From: a virus
IMG/VR virus record: IMGVR_UViG_3300042465_009257
Span: 109,359 to 173,358 of that record
DNA: 64,000 nt
Direction: 5' to 3' (one strand)
Part shown: piece after piece, positions 1 through 10,093 of the stretch
Layout: every line of letters starts with the position of its first letter
Position numbering within the stretch: position 1 is the stretch's first letter
Translations under genes and position numbers: made by a program
The notes under the pieces: generated by a model
Database searches by the model: none
What the model saw: the letters and a program-made list of their open reading frames with translations, nothing else
Told to the model about the DNA's origin: nothing

Positions 1-83
1 TTTCCTTGCCTGTGAAGATCCAGCAGAACCTTGCGGGCCTGATCTCCGTTTAAATTAAGAATGAAATCGACGTTTTGTGCCAT
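1..83 (-). CDS. 5' end of a gene running off the window (MAQNVDFILNLNGDQARKVLLDLHRQG...), probable tape measure protein
   Basis: ATG at 83 with an open frame to the window edge; late promoter at 104-130; position after tail tube and chaperone-like genes. Function inferred from position only. Confidence 0.45.
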   Translation of the reverse strand, partial: MAQNVDFILNLNGDQARKVLLDLHRQG

Positions 84-103
84 GACCTTTTACCTATCAC
101 ATA

Positions 104-130
104 TTACAATCGACTACTCCAAAATGGAAA
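104..130 (-). promoter_or_regulatory. late promoter TTTCC-N17-TGTAA
   Basis: Exact match to the motif repeated upstream of minus-strand genes. Confidence 0.75.
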
Positions 131-131
131 T

Positions 132-1004
132 TTAATTGCGTTTTTTCTTACTCTGCGCCAAATCAGCCTCAACCTCCGATCCCGACAATTCTTTTTCCTC
201 TGGCGGCGCGTTATTTTTAACGATAGCGTAGGTCTCCAGCATTTTCGGCTCTTTATAGAAATCCTCTGGCGCTTCCCAAGCAATTTTAATAACCTCATTA
301 TATCTCTTAGCCAAACGAAGCAAATTCATTTGATATACTGTCAATTCCGGCGCGGGTTTTTTAAAGAAATCTCCTGGATTTGAAACGTAATTATCAAAAA
401 CAGAATAGAAAAAAGAAGAAACAACAAGAAGTTCTAGGTATTCCTCATTGAATTTTAATACTTTATTAGAGTAATCATTGCGCAAAATGGTCAATTCAAC
501 TTCGCCCAATAGATTAAATTCTTCTTCTTCAAAGAACGGCGACCCATCAAGTTTGCGGCTGGCCAAGAAAATTTCAAAATCATACGAGCGACTATAGGCA
601 TAAGACTCGCAACAATCCTGGGTAGCAATATTCCGCTTCATAGCGTCAGAATCAATGTCGTCCTTCATCTCCCGCAAAGTCTCATGGAAGCTTCGAATAT
701 TCTGCACCATTCCCATTGCCGGAATTTTGGAACGCCGCGCCCAAATCATCTTATAATCATCTAATTTTCTTTTAAATGATTCTTCATTTTCTTGGCTCCA
801 AAAAGTCGGATCATTAAATTTATTTAATATAGTATCCCGCAACTCTACTCCGTGATCTTTGGCCCATTTTAGATGTTTCTCGCGGTCCTCATCTACTAAA
901 CACTGGTCAAAAATAGATTGATGAATATATACGATAGGCTGGCCCCTGAAAACAGAGGTAGTCTTACCTTCGCAAATCTCTTTATATCCGAAAACTTGGC
1001 TCAC
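132..1004 (-). CDS. hypothetical protein, possible tail assembly chaperone
   Basis: 290 aa ORF; GTG start overlaps the upstream TGA; lies just before the putative tape measure. Confidence 0.5.
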   Translation of the reverse strand: MSQVFGYKEICEGKTTSVFRGQPIVYIHQSIFDQCLVDEDREKHLKWAKDHGVELRDTILNKFNDPTFWSQENEESFKRKLDDYKMIWARRSKIPAMGMVQNIRSFHETLREMKDDIDSDAMKRNIATQDCCESYAYSRSYDFEIFLASRKLDGSPFFEEEEFNLLGEVELTILRNDYSNKVLKFNEEYLELLVVSSFFYSVFDNYVSNPGDFFKKPAPELTVYQMNLLRLAKRYNEVIKIAWEAPEDFYKEPKMLETYAIVKNNAPPEEKELSGSEVEADLAQSKKKRN

Positions 1005-1702
1005 TCGGTTCTAATGAGTTCGGCAAAATCTTCCATTTTATCTTCTGTAACCCCCTTGAAAAGGAAAGCGTCAAGAATTAGAAAGGCTCTTTCAAAGGCG
1101 GCAATTTCAGCACCGTGCGTTTCTACACCGTCGAAAGCCTCGTAGTAATGAGTGCGCCGCGTTTCGTCTGCATGGCCCGCAAAGACAGGTTGACCTGATT
1201 CCCAGTGAAGAAGATTCAAGACCGCCCAGAGGCACGTTTCGCGCTCAGAAATCGATTCTGCGGTATGTTCATAAACCTCCAAGAGTCGCGCTTCCATTTT
1301 CTGGACCTGTTCGTAAAGATCTTGGAATTCCAGTTCAACTTTAGAGGTATCGCCACCTTCAACCTTAATTTTCTGGTATTCGTTACGCTTAATATTCAAT
1401 TCCGGCAGGATAACATCAAGTTCTTCCAAATCAGCCTTGGCATAAGCAAAACCACCTTGATTTAGAATTGCAGTTCGCATTGATTCGCGGCTTTGAACAC
1501 CCATAGCGACAGCTTTGCCGAATTCGGCGGATTGAATTACCCGCATTTGCTCAATTTCGCGGCGACCTGGGAGTTTGACAAAACATCCAACATCCTCAAC
1601 TAATTTTACTTCTTTGGTAAGAATTCCATCTTCTGTTTTTTCTTCAACTTTTTTAGTAATCGTCTTCGGGACGGTAAACGTGTGTAATTTCTTAATAGTC
1701 AT
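1001..1702 (-). CDS. hypothetical protein, possible tail assembly chaperone
   Basis: ORF 1001-1726, likely ATG at 1702 (MTIKKLHTF); helical and acidic; tail-module position. Confidence 0.5.
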   Translation of the reverse strand: MTIKKLHTFTVPKTITKKVEEKTEDGILTKEVKLVEDVGCFVKLPGRREIEQMRVIQSAEFGKAVAMGVQSRESMRTAILNQGGFAYAKADLEELDVILPELNIKRNEYQKIKVEGGDTSKVELEFQDLYEQVQKMEARLLEVYEHTAESISERETCLWAVLNLLHWESGQPVFAGHADETRRTHYYEAFDGVETHGAEIAAFERAFLILDAFLFKGVTEDKMEDFAELIRTE

Positions 1703-1767
1703 ATGCTTTTTAGAAAAGTATGGCAAAATTTAATAGCCAAGCTTAGTTTTAATTTTTAATAAATAGT

Positions 1768-2058
1768 TTATAATCCTCTCCGTAATTCTCCACCGTAATC
1801 CAGCAATTTTTTCCTGTAGACTTGGTACTGAGCCTCACCTAAAGATTCTGCGTGTTTTGCCAAATGGGTCAATTCCACATCAATCCCTGATTTTTCGAAA
1901 ACAAATAATTCATATTCCGAAAGCGACTCTCCAAGCTTCTCTACTTGGGTTTCCTGCTGCACACGGGCATCCTCAAGAATTCCAAGACAGTATTTGACCA
2001 TCTCTGTGATTCTCCGCTCGGCACGAAACCGCAGAACTTCTTCTTTCACCTCATCCAT
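1768..2058 (-). CDS. hypothetical protein
   Basis: 96 aa ORF with a late-promoter variant upstream. Confidence 0.6.
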   Translation of the reverse strand: MDEVKEEVLRFRAERRITEMVKYCLGILEDARVQQETQVEKLGESLSEYELFVFEKSGIDVELTHLAKHAESLGEAQYQVYRKKLLDYGGELRRGL

Positions 2059-2073
2059 ATTCCTTAATCTATT

Positions 2074-2100
2074 TTACAAGAAAAAGGAAAAAAAGAGAAA
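2074..2100 (-). promoter_or_regulatory. late promoter variant TTTCT-N17-TGTAA
   Basis: One mismatch to consensus, correct 17-nt spacer. Confidence 0.55.
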
Positions 2101-2116
2101 GTTTATTTAAATAAAA

Positions 2117-3910
2117 TTAAAAAACCGGACCTGTAAAGAACTGGCGTGAAGTATTTACTGGGTTTGACGGATTGACCGGATCATAAGCTCCTCCACTAGG
2201 CGATCCGGCTACTGGTGTATAAGGTAAAGTGGTCGTCCATGCGTAGGCATTCCCACGGCTGTAGTGGGCAATACCAGCTAGTCCCTGAATCGTTGGCGAC
2301 TGACCTTGACCAAATGCTCGGATATTTTTATTATACATTGCGTCACGAATCAGGAAAGTTACTCCACCGCTGCATTTCAGCCCGTTAATGTTTACGCGGT
2401 CTTTGACATTATACGGAACGGGATTAAGGGCAACTGTTGAGTACGCTCTGCTAATTAAAACGCCAGTTCCGTAGCCAAAGTAACGTGTAGAATCATTAGT
2501 TGCATTGTATGTAATTGCATTTACCGCCGTTACTTCTGATTCATTTGCAAAATCTACTCCAGAAAGTCCATCTTCATAATATAATGCGCCTCGTGCAGGG
2601 TCTTGCAGTTGCCAGATATTCAAACTCGTTAAACTAATATTATTTCCGCCTGTGCTATTTTCTTCAACATGGATACCAACGACCGGACCTTCAATGTGAA
2701 TATTTGAAACAGACATATTTCCTTGCGCCTTAATTCCGATCAGTGGATATGTAACAACCCATGCAGGTTCTGGGTCCGCAGGCGCAACATTCCAAGCTGA
2801 GCTGATTCTTTTTACCATGCTCATGTCGATTGTTCCAACATTGACACTCGCGTTATTGGTAGCATATGAAAAATAAATAGGTATCATATCACGAACAGTA
2901 CGCCCGGTAATCCAGAAATTTTTAATACTTAGACCGTTGACAACTGATGCTGGATAAGACCCTCCTGCGACCCTATGGGAGCAGAACCCAATTCCAAACC
3001 CAGTTGGATTTGAAATAACAACTTCATCAATAATTGAACATTCCTCGACATTTCCTTTAGAGGAAATCCCTGAGATTCGTTTATTAGTTAAACGGTAGGC
3101 AAACGAAGCGTAGTAACATTCAATTAAGACTCCCGTAACTTGATTGCGATAAGTCGCTCCACCTCCAGGTCCTCCAATCCAAATAACTGCTCCGTGATTT
3201 GGCACATCCAGTGAAGGGTTATCCCAGACATCCGACTGAAGCCAAGTGTCTGCCACCCATTCAGATGTGGCAGTGATAGAAGTTTGCGCTGAGCCTGATC
3301 CTTTGATGTGAATGTATCCGCCATGGCAGTCGATTGGTCTCGCAACGTAGTAGATGCGTGGGCCAAGGCTGACGGTAGTCCCATGCCAATCAGGATATGT
3401 TAAACCAACGGCTCCGGCGCGGGTAGATGACTGAATCGCGCAGTTGATGGCAATGTCGTGACGGTCAGTTTGCAAGCCCCACCACTCAGGGTAGACTTCT
3501 GTTCTGCCGAACATTCCGACGATATCTCCTGCATCAAATCCGCTAAAGATCTGACTTCTATCGGCCAAGCACTGGCCAAAGAATTTCAAGGTAGATCCAG
3601 AGCCTTTTATTAATTTAAAAGTATTAAAATCAATTGTTTTTTCTACTGGAATTACTGTAGATCCAGCAGGAAGAGTAATATTTGCCCCAAGTCTAAGAGT
3701 TAAAGTTCCAGCTTCCGCTAAAGCGCTTGTTAATTGAGCTTGAGTAGTAATAAATCTTAAAGAGGAATCGGAATTAGTCTGTAACCAATTTTGCATTGCC
3801 GCCCGATCAGCCTTTGAATCTCCACTACTATCAATAAGATAAGTAAAGGCCGCACTACTAGGAGCGGTAGCTAAAGGTAAATCGCGAATTCTGTCTCCTG
3901 CTGTTGCCAT
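2117..3910 (-). CDS. tailspike-like protein with putative parallel beta-helix (pectate lyase-like) domain
   Basis: 597 aa; VYPEWWG...DIAINCAI...VSLGPRIYYV resembles the start of tailspike beta-helices; beta-rich repeats follow. Confidence 0.6.
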   Translation of the reverse strand: MATAGDRIRDLPLATAPSSAAFTYLIDSSGDSKADRAAMQNWLQTNSDSSLRFITTQAQLTSALAEAGTLTLRLGANITLPAGSTVIPVEKTIDFNTFKLIKGSGSTLKFFGQCLADRSQIFSGFDAGDIVGMFGRTEVYPEWWGLQTDRHDIAINCAIQSSTRAGAVGLTYPDWHGTTVSLGPRIYYVARPIDCHGGYIHIKGSGSAQTSITATSEWVADTWLQSDVWDNPSLDVPNHGAVIWIGGPGGGATYRNQVTGVLIECYYASFAYRLTNKRISGISSKGNVEECSIIDEVVISNPTGFGIGFCSHRVAGGSYPASVVNGLSIKNFWITGRTVRDMIPIYFSYATNNASVNVGTIDMSMVKRISSAWNVAPADPEPAWVVTYPLIGIKAQGNMSVSNIHIEGPVVGIHVEENSTGGNNISLTSLNIWQLQDPARGALYYEDGLSGVDFANESEVTAVNAITYNATNDSTRYFGYGTGVLISRAYSTVALNPVPYNVKDRVNINGLKCSGGVTFLIRDAMYNKNIRAFGQGQSPTIQGLAGIAHYSRGNAYAWTTTLPYTPVAGSPSGGAYDPVNPSNPVNTSRQFFTGPVF

Positions 3911-3918
3911 AATGTTTA

Positions 3919-3945
3919 TTACAATTCTTTTTTAAAAAATGGAAA
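3919..3945 (-). promoter_or_regulatory. late promoter TTTCC-N17-TGTAA
   Basis: Exact match, 8 nt before the ATG at 3910. Confidence 0.75.
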
Positions 3946-3985
3946 AAAATAAAGAGCCGCCCCGGAACTTTCCAGAGCGACTCTT
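3943..3985 (-). terminator. Rho-independent terminator after the tail tube gene
   Basis: AAGAGTCGCTCTGGAA-AG-TTCCGGGGCGGCTCTT stem followed by a T-rich tract. Confidence 0.8.
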
Positions 3986-4038
3986 CATAAACCTACTCAG
4001 AGAATTCCAAGGGGGTCCATAGGGAAATTTATCCCCTA

Positions 4039-5118
4039 TTAAGTGTTTGCGATACCAGACATAAACAATCCATTCAGAGAATCATTACCGCCACCGACAG
4101 TTCCTTGGAAGTTCATTGTTACCGTGGAAGCGTCCCCACCGATAGAGAAATCATGAGCTTGGCTTTCGTAAGAGAGGTTTTTCAGGCGGAAAAGAGAGGC
4201 AACTGCGCCAGTTCCAGAACAGTTTGGACGACGGATGGTGACATCAACACTATAAGATCCGGTTTCACAAGCAAAAGTGGACAAACGCCCAGCCGTCATA
4301 TCTTTTGCAAGGAATTCAACCGCAAAAGTTACAGGGATAACATCAGCAATAATACTATCTTTACGATAGAAAGCGCCGAGACATTGCTGCTGCTGACGAC
4401 CGAACTCAACTCCAATATCTACACTTTGCACGCAGGCATTGGCTAAATCGTAGAAAACCCCAGACGCGCCGGAAAGGTTGACGCTGATATCGCGGGGACG
4501 GAGAATTGGGTCGCGACCACCGAAAGCATTTCCAGAAGCGGTCGGTAGAGTAAATGTACCAGTGGCAATCGCTCCAGTATTTACGTTAATAGCGGGCAAA
4601 CGCTCAGCACTAGAATCAACGTAGTATTCCGCGTCAACAGCCTCAAAAGACATGGAAACAGTAGGATAAGAGCCGACTGCCGCATTAAAATTATACGAAG
4701 AGATCGTAGCATTTCCGAAACCAATACAAGGAGTAGAGCCAGGAACTGCGCCGATAGCATCAATCCCATCCGAAGAAATCATCGCAAAAATGTTACGTTC
4801 ATCTTTCGTTCCGTCAAGAAGATTTGAAAAAGCGCCGCTGATAGTACTATCAGTGATAAATCCGAAGCTTTTCTCGTTATCGAAATTACTTAGGTAGTAA
4901 GATAGATCAAAAGTCACTACGGGAGCAGCAGGATCTTCGCGACGATCAGCGGCACGTTTACCGAAGACCAGGATATCTTCCTTAGAGGTTGCGAAATTGT
5001 AACCAAAACTCTGAGTTCCGTAGATCTCTTTAATATTGGCGGTAGTATGTGTTCCAGTCGCAGGAGATGGGCCTGCGTAAAGGACAACGTTGGAAGAGGC
5101 GATTTTTTTGCGTGGCAT
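4039..5118 (-). CDS. major tail (tube) protein
   Basis: 359 aa, beta-rich, two-fold internal organisation; own late promoter and terminator; highly-expressed-type codon usage. Confidence 0.7.
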   Translation of the reverse strand: MPRKKIASSNVVLYAGPSPATGTHTTANIKEIYGTQSFGYNFATSKEDILVFGKRAADRREDPAAPVVTFDLSYYLSNFDNEKSFGFITDSTISGAFSNLLDGTKDERNIFAMISSDGIDAIGAVPGSTPCIGFGNATISSYNFNAAVGSYPTVSMSFEAVDAEYYVDSSAERLPAINVNTGAIATGTFTLPTASGNAFGGRDPILRPRDISVNLSGASGVFYDLANACVQSVDIGVEFGRQQQQCLGAFYRKDSIIADVIPVTFAVEFLAKDMTAGRLSTFACETGSYSVDVTIRRPNCSGTGAVASLFRLKNLSYESQAHDFSIGGDASTVTMNFQGTVGGGNDSLNGLFMSGIANT

Positions 5119-5141
5119 ACAGTAAAATTAGTTAATATTCT

Positions 5142-5168
5142 TTACAATCAGTCGGTTTTAAATGGAAA
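5142..5168 (-). promoter_or_regulatory. late promoter TTTCC-N17-TGTAA
   Basis: Exact match upstream of the tail tube gene. Confidence 0.75.
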
Positions 5169-5193
5169 TTTTAATTTTTGTTTTTTAATTAGC

Positions 5194-6810
5194 TTAAGGG
5201 GCCACTATTGGAGGTGCAGTTACAATGACTAAACGAGGGCGAATAGAGGCAACAAGATTATTAGCTGAATTAAATTGTAATCCATCTCCACTACTTTCAT
5301 CAGGCCCTTGAAGTAGCCAACCATTATTAGAAGATGGAGTCGTAACCCAGCCTTGTACGGTAGCTACATTTAGATTTATTGTGCAAAATCCAGTATAATT
5401 ATCCAAGCCTTGCCCTACAGGAGTGGGACCATAAATTGTTTCAGGAGTACTTACAGCATCTACGTTATTAGCGCTGATTCCATTTACAAGGGTATCCCAA
5501 GTATCTGTAGCTACCCATGGAATTAAGATCTTATGCATTACGAAGCCAAGCCCTTCAGTTCCGATAAGTATTTCCAGATAAGCCTGGATTACTATTTGAT
5601 CTGTAGGTATAGATGATAAATCAAACTGAATAAATGCTTGTCTTGTTCTAGAGACAGTTGGATAAGCCGAATAATCCCAGTCAACCACCAAAGTTGTTGA
5701 TGTTCCATTCGCAGTAGTAGGAAGACTTGAATCTAAATACGTATCAACATTTCCCGTGTAAGATGATACCCCTTGTTGAAAACTATAAGTAGTAGGTGCT
5801 CCCAATGAACGATCAAAGCGAAAAAGTGGATAATTCGTACTAGTCCCGCCGTGTGTTGTAACGTATTCAGAACAGGTATAATAATATAAACCAGATGAGT
5901 CAAAGCAGATTGCTTCCCCCTGAGGTTCTGCGTTGGTTTGAACAGCTTTAAAACCACTTGCTTTTATTCCTGTCGCGCATGGCATTTGAGTTGGCGCAGT
6001 CGCCAAAGCATCATAAACGGTTTGAGTTGATGGATTGCGGGAAAAACGAGAGACTTTATCGTAAGAGCGAACTAGAATTTCGGTTCCATTTGGGGAAATA
6101 CAGCCCCCGGTCGCATACCCATCATTACCAGAAGGTGTGGTGGAAAGTGTATTAAAAGTAGCATCTGCCGAAAGTTCCCCCATGTAAGTCAGCGTTTGAG
6201 TTCCGGTGTAACTCGCGGCCCATGACAATTTATAACATAAAGTTGGTGTAATTCTCTTTGTAATAATAAAAAGATCTCCAGTAAGAGGGTCTATAATCGC
6301 CGCCTCAACATCTTTATGCGTAGGAATATTCCCTCCTGGAAAGGCACAGACGATTTCTTCCCAATCAGTTCCGCTGGCTAAAGTCCCATCACTTCCTGTG
6401 ACAACTGGCTCTTTTATCCGAAATACTTTAAATGTAGCCCTGGCATTGGCATTATCACCAGTATCCAGTAAATATACATAAGCGATGCCGCCGCGCCGAA
6501 CTGAGCCGCATTCTTCTACGTCAGAAACACTCGCTCCAGTAAGAACCCACTTTCCTGCATTGGCGGCAGTGGCGCGATTAATGGCGATAATATGAGGATT
6601 TGCGCCGTCCTCAATTGCCCAAATATAATTCTTATTTTCTTGACGTTGAGCAGTAGCTAATCCAGAAAGTTCAACATAAGCAATCGGTAAATTGCCAACC
6701 TTGACTGGGCCATAAAACCACCCTTTTTTACTCTGCTGTGAAGCAGCAGGATGCCCTGATAAGCTGACAACCGATAAGAGTAAAAAAATAATAAATAGAA
6801 TACGATTCAT
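5194..6810 (-). CDS. signal-peptide protein with beta-propeller and C-terminal DNRLRE/CBM96-like domain
   Basis: N-terminal hydrophobic signal; ELSGL, DVEA and PQGEAICF propeller motifs; DTYL...QAFIQFDLSSIP...NNGWLL...RPRLVI C-terminal domain. Confidence 0.6.
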   Translation of the reverse strand: MNRILFIIFLLLSVVSLSGHPAASQQSKKGWFYGPVKVGNLPIAYVELSGLATAQRQENKNYIWAIEDGANPHIIAINRATAANAGKWVLTGASVSDVEECGSVRRGGIAYVYLLDTGDNANARATFKVFRIKEPVVTGSDGTLASGTDWEEIVCAFPGGNIPTHKDVEAAIIDPLTGDLFIITKRITPTLCYKLSWAASYTGTQTLTYMGELSADATFNTLSTTPSGNDGYATGGCISPNGTEILVRSYDKVSRFSRNPSTQTVYDALATAPTQMPCATGIKASGFKAVQTNAEPQGEAICFDSSGLYYYTCSEYVTTHGGTSTNYPLFRFDRSLGAPTTYSFQQGVSSYTGNVDTYLDSSLPTTANGTSTTLVVDWDYSAYPTVSRTRQAFIQFDLSSIPTDQIVIQAYLEILIGTEGLGFVMHKILIPWVATDTWDTLVNGISANNVDAVSTPETIYGPTPVGQGLDNYTGFCTINLNVATVQGWVTTPSSNNGWLLQGPDESSGDGLQFNSANNLVASIRPRLVIVTAPPIVAP

Positions 6811-6811
6811 A

Positions 6812-8551
6812 TTATTGCAGATTTCCAGAGATTACAACGGCATTGGTGGCGTAGCTCATTATATCTACGACAGCGAATTGACCTTGGGTGGAGAGAAGAG
6901 TTCCGAAACTATTAATGGTCGCCGAAGCTCCTGGCGCGAGAGTAACAACGCCCGCTCCCCCTTGAACGATTTTGCAGGTAAAGTTCGCGGCGAGACCACT
7001 TGGAACAGTAAGAGTAATAGCTGAAGCATTTGTAAGAGTCACAACCTTATCTTTATCAGAAGCTTGAAGAGTATAAGTAGTTCCTGTTTGGGCATTAATA
7101 CCCCCAAGTGTAGCCCATTGTGGAGCAGTTGCCCCAGCATTAACTTGCAAAACTTGTCCAGCTGTTCCAATTGCAAGCCGAGTCGCTGTGTCGGAACCAG
7201 TCCCATAGGCAAGATCTCCAGCTACATTCCATAATACATCAGTAGCCATATTCCCGCCTGAGGAAGGAGTCTGCCATGTTGCAGTTGTCCCACTTGTTGC
7301 CATTAGAACTTGACCATTAGTTGGAGCGGTTGCGGCTGATACGCTTACAGTGGTGGTCGCAGATCTTAAAGCATTAGAAGTTCCAGCTGTAAATCCATTA
7401 GCAGTTCCGCTAATATTCGTTCCAACCAAAGTAGAAGGAGTTCCTAAATTAGGATTTATTAGGGTTGGCGAATCATTCATGACAACGAATCCCGTTCCTG
7501 TTTCATTAGAAATTACTCCTGCAAATTGGGCCGAGGTTGTGGCGGCAAATTGACTAAGGGGATTAGTAGTTAAAGCGTTTCCTGATGTAGCAGGATTTTG
7601 CCAACTTGCGACGCTTGAACTTGTGGCCGTTAAAATTTGACCAGCACTAGGAGCAGCAGAGGCCGATACACTGACAGTCGTAGTAGCAGACTTTAATGCA
7701 TTGGAAACGCCAGAAGTAAGATTAGCAGCAGTTCCACTAATGTTTGTTCCGACTAAAGTGGAAGGAGTTCCTAAATTTGGAGCAATCAGAGTAGGATTAT
7801 TGTTCATAACAACAAAACCAATTCCCGTTTCATCTGAAATCGCATTGGCAAAATTTCCACTGCTAGGAGTTCCCAAAAAGGTGGCAACTGCTGGCCCTAA
7901 ACCGCTTACACCAGTACTGATTGGCAAGCCCGTCGCATTCGTTAAAGTCACGCTGGTCGGAGTTCCTAAAATTGGAGTTACTAAAGTTGGGGAGGTATTA
8001 TAAACTAAAAGATTAGTTCCTGTTTCATTTGACATAACTCCGGCGAGTTGGGCGGAAGTCGTTGCCGCAAACTGGCTGAGAGGATTTTCCGTTAAAGCAT
8101 TCCCTGATCCAACCGAAACAGTTGCCCCGTTAATTCTAGCTTTTAAAGCATTTGCGGTAGAATCATACCATAAATCACCGTTGACAAGAGTTGATGGATC
8201 AGAGGCTACCGCGCCGACATTAATGCCCGCCACTGTAGCACCAGGATTAAAACTAATGCGGACATTATCAAGCCAAGTCGCCGCGCCATTGACGGTCAAA
8301 GACGCGAAAGTCCCCGCGCCTGGAGTCACTGCCCCGATTGCGCCGGGTGCCCCCATCATTGTAGAAAGCAACGTACTATAATAGAGATTTTGGGTGGCAT
8401 TGGTTCCAGAGTCCCAAAATAGAAAGGCATCCCCGGCGGCGGGGGTAGAATTAGTTGGGTAATCAGTTCCAGACCCTTGTTTCTTCCACGCGCCAAAAGA
8501 GGAGGTCGTAAGAGCCAGGACTAAAATCAGAGAGAGATAGATTTTATTCAT
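6812..8551 (-). CDS. tail fibre-like protein with internal duplications and signal-peptide-like N-terminus
   Basis: Duplicated NALTxNPLSQFAATTSAQ..SNETGT..PTL..P.LGTP blocks; C-terminal INAQTGTTYTL...VTLTNASAITLTVP module typical of fibres. Confidence 0.7.
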   Translation of the reverse strand: MNKIYLSLILVLALTTSSFGAWKKQGSGTDYPTNSTPAAGDAFLFWDSGTNATQNLYYSTLLSTMMGAPGAIGAVTPGAGTFASLTVNGAATWLDNVRISFNPGATVAGINVGAVASDPSTLVNGDLWYDSTANALKARINGATVSVGSGNALTENPLSQFAATTSAQLAGVMSNETGTNLLVYNTSPTLVTPILGTPTSVTLTNATGLPISTGVSGLGPAVATFLGTPSSGNFANAISDETGIGFVVMNNNPTLIAPNLGTPSTLVGTNISGTAANLTSGVSNALKSATTTVSVSASAAPSAGQILTATSSSVASWQNPATSGNALTTNPLSQFAATTSAQFAGVISNETGTGFVVMNDSPTLINPNLGTPSTLVGTNISGTANGFTAGTSNALRSATTTVSVSAATAPTNGQVLMATSGTTATWQTPSSGGNMATDVLWNVAGDLAYGTGSDTATRLAIGTAGQVLQVNAGATAPQWATLGGINAQTGTTYTLQASDKDKVVTLTNASAITLTVPSGLAANFTCKIVQGGAGVVTLAPGASATINSFGTLLSTQGQFAVVDIMSYATNAVVISGNLQ

Positions 8552-8572
8552 TTTTAAATTATTTAAATAATA

Positions 8573-10075
8573 TTATGCTAGAGTGAGGGAGACGGATCTG
8601 ACTACGCCATCAGAGCCTTTCAGTCTGAGAGTTAATGAGGTATTACTAGTTGCCTCGACAACAAGGTCACCGTTGCTAGCTGGAATTACAGATGCCAAGG
8701 GCTGCTGTACGAAAGTTCCATTATTTGTAATTTTAACCGTTTTACCATTTGCGTTCGCTTCAAGTAAATTATCGCATGTAACACTAGTTGAATTAAGAAC
8801 AATTCCTTTATGACCATTTGGAACTGAAACCCCCACCTCAGTAGAGCCAAGGGCGGCTCCAGCAACCATTATTTTAGCTACAGAAAATGTACATACACTT
8901 GATATATTATTAGAATCTAACATTCTTAAAACAGTAGTGCCGCCTAATATAAAATCAATCCCACGATTATCAGCGTAAGATCCGCCTTTCTCCGTCCCAA
9001 TCCTTAGAATATTACTTGTCCAGCCAAATGTCGCCCGGTCAAAATTGGTGGCTGGGGTGGCGTCAGTAGAATTATAAACGCGGAATGTTTGAGCGTTACC
9101 AATATTACGCTGGGCTAGAGTTCCGGTTGCATCTCGAAATAAAAATAAATCGTTGCCGCCGTTGTAATTATTATTTACGTTATTCCACCCAATACGAGCG
9201 GTACTAATTAAGCTAATACCGTTATAGTTCCCAGTTGGATGGTAAATATTATTTCCAATTAATGCCCCATCTGCCCCAGCGATATAAACATTACCGCCTC
9301 CATGGGCAGAAATTCCCGCCCCTCCACCGCAATAGATTAATCCTGATTTATTTACAGTAAACTTACTTATCCCACCAACTTGCAAATCTATCAAATTTGA
9401 TGAAATATTCGACGCCGTATCAGTCACATTCAACTTCACACTTGTAAACAACTGCTGAATCGTCCCCCCGGAAACCCAGGTAGCCGTAGTAGCATTTGCA
9501 TAAGAAACTGAAGTCGTAGTAGAAGCAGTCACCACAAAAGTCCCGTTATATCCAGCTGGATTGATACTCGCGACGACAATAGTAGATCCAACCACTATCG
9601 CGGCACTTTGCGCGGCAAAAGTAATAGTCGCAATCGAACCCGTGCCGCTTGCGCCCGTGACGGTGATATTACTATTCCAAGTTTCGGCGATGTCGAGTTT
9701 GGCCGTTGGCGCGGGATTACCGATACCAATTTTATTATCATTAACAACCAAAGCATTACTTCCGTAAGTCCCCATTGTAATTTTGTCCGTAAAATTAGAT
9801 TCAACTTCAACAATAGGCAGGCCCGCCGCGTCATTGACGGAAAATACAACCCCAGTCACACTATCGGACACGCCGAATAATCTGCCGTAAGAGCCGTCAA
9901 CAGTAAATCTATCCAAGAAGCTTTCCCCGGTAGTGTAGCTGCTTATATTCAAGCCGCCAGCATTATCGTAAGACAATCGCGGCGCGGCGGAAAGGGGGGA
10001 AATTCCGCTGAAATTCGGCGATTGTGAATCGAAAATAATAGCGCCTGAAGCGGGAATCATTAATATATTTGCCAT
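8573..10075 (-). CDS. tail fibre/adhesin protein
   Basis: Gly/Thr/Asn-rich; shares modules with the fibres at 12206 and 22018. Confidence 0.7.
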   Translation of the reverse strand: MANILMIPASGAIIFDSQSPNFSGISPLSAAPRLSYDNAGGLNISSYTTGESFLDRFTVDGSYGRLFGVSDSVTGVVFSVNDAAGLPIVEVESNFTDKITMGTYGSNALVVNDNKIGIGNPAPTAKLDIAETWNSNITVTGASGTGSIATITFAAQSAAIVVGSTIVVASINPAGYNGTFVVTASTTTSVSYANATTATWVSGGTIQQLFTSVKLNVTDTASNISSNLIDLQVGGISKFTVNKSGLIYCGGGAGISAHGGGNVYIAGADGALIGNNIYHPTGNYNGISLISTARIGWNNVNNNYNGGNDLFLFRDATGTLAQRNIGNAQTFRVYNSTDATPATNFDRATFGWTSNILRIGTEKGGSYADNRGIDFILGGTTVLRMLDSNNISSVCTFSVAKIMVAGAALGSTEVGVSVPNGHKGIVLNSTSVTCDNLLEANANGKTVKITNNGTFVQQPLASVIPASNGDLVVEATSNTSLTLRLKGSDGVVRSVSLTLA

Positions 10076-10093
10076 TTTAATTATTTATTAGTT

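Noticed and set aside
1001-1060. Lambda G/GT-type programmed frameshift between the two chaperone-like genes
   Set aside because: The downstream frame has a TAG three codons upstream of its GTG start, and no slippery heptamer is present at the overlap.
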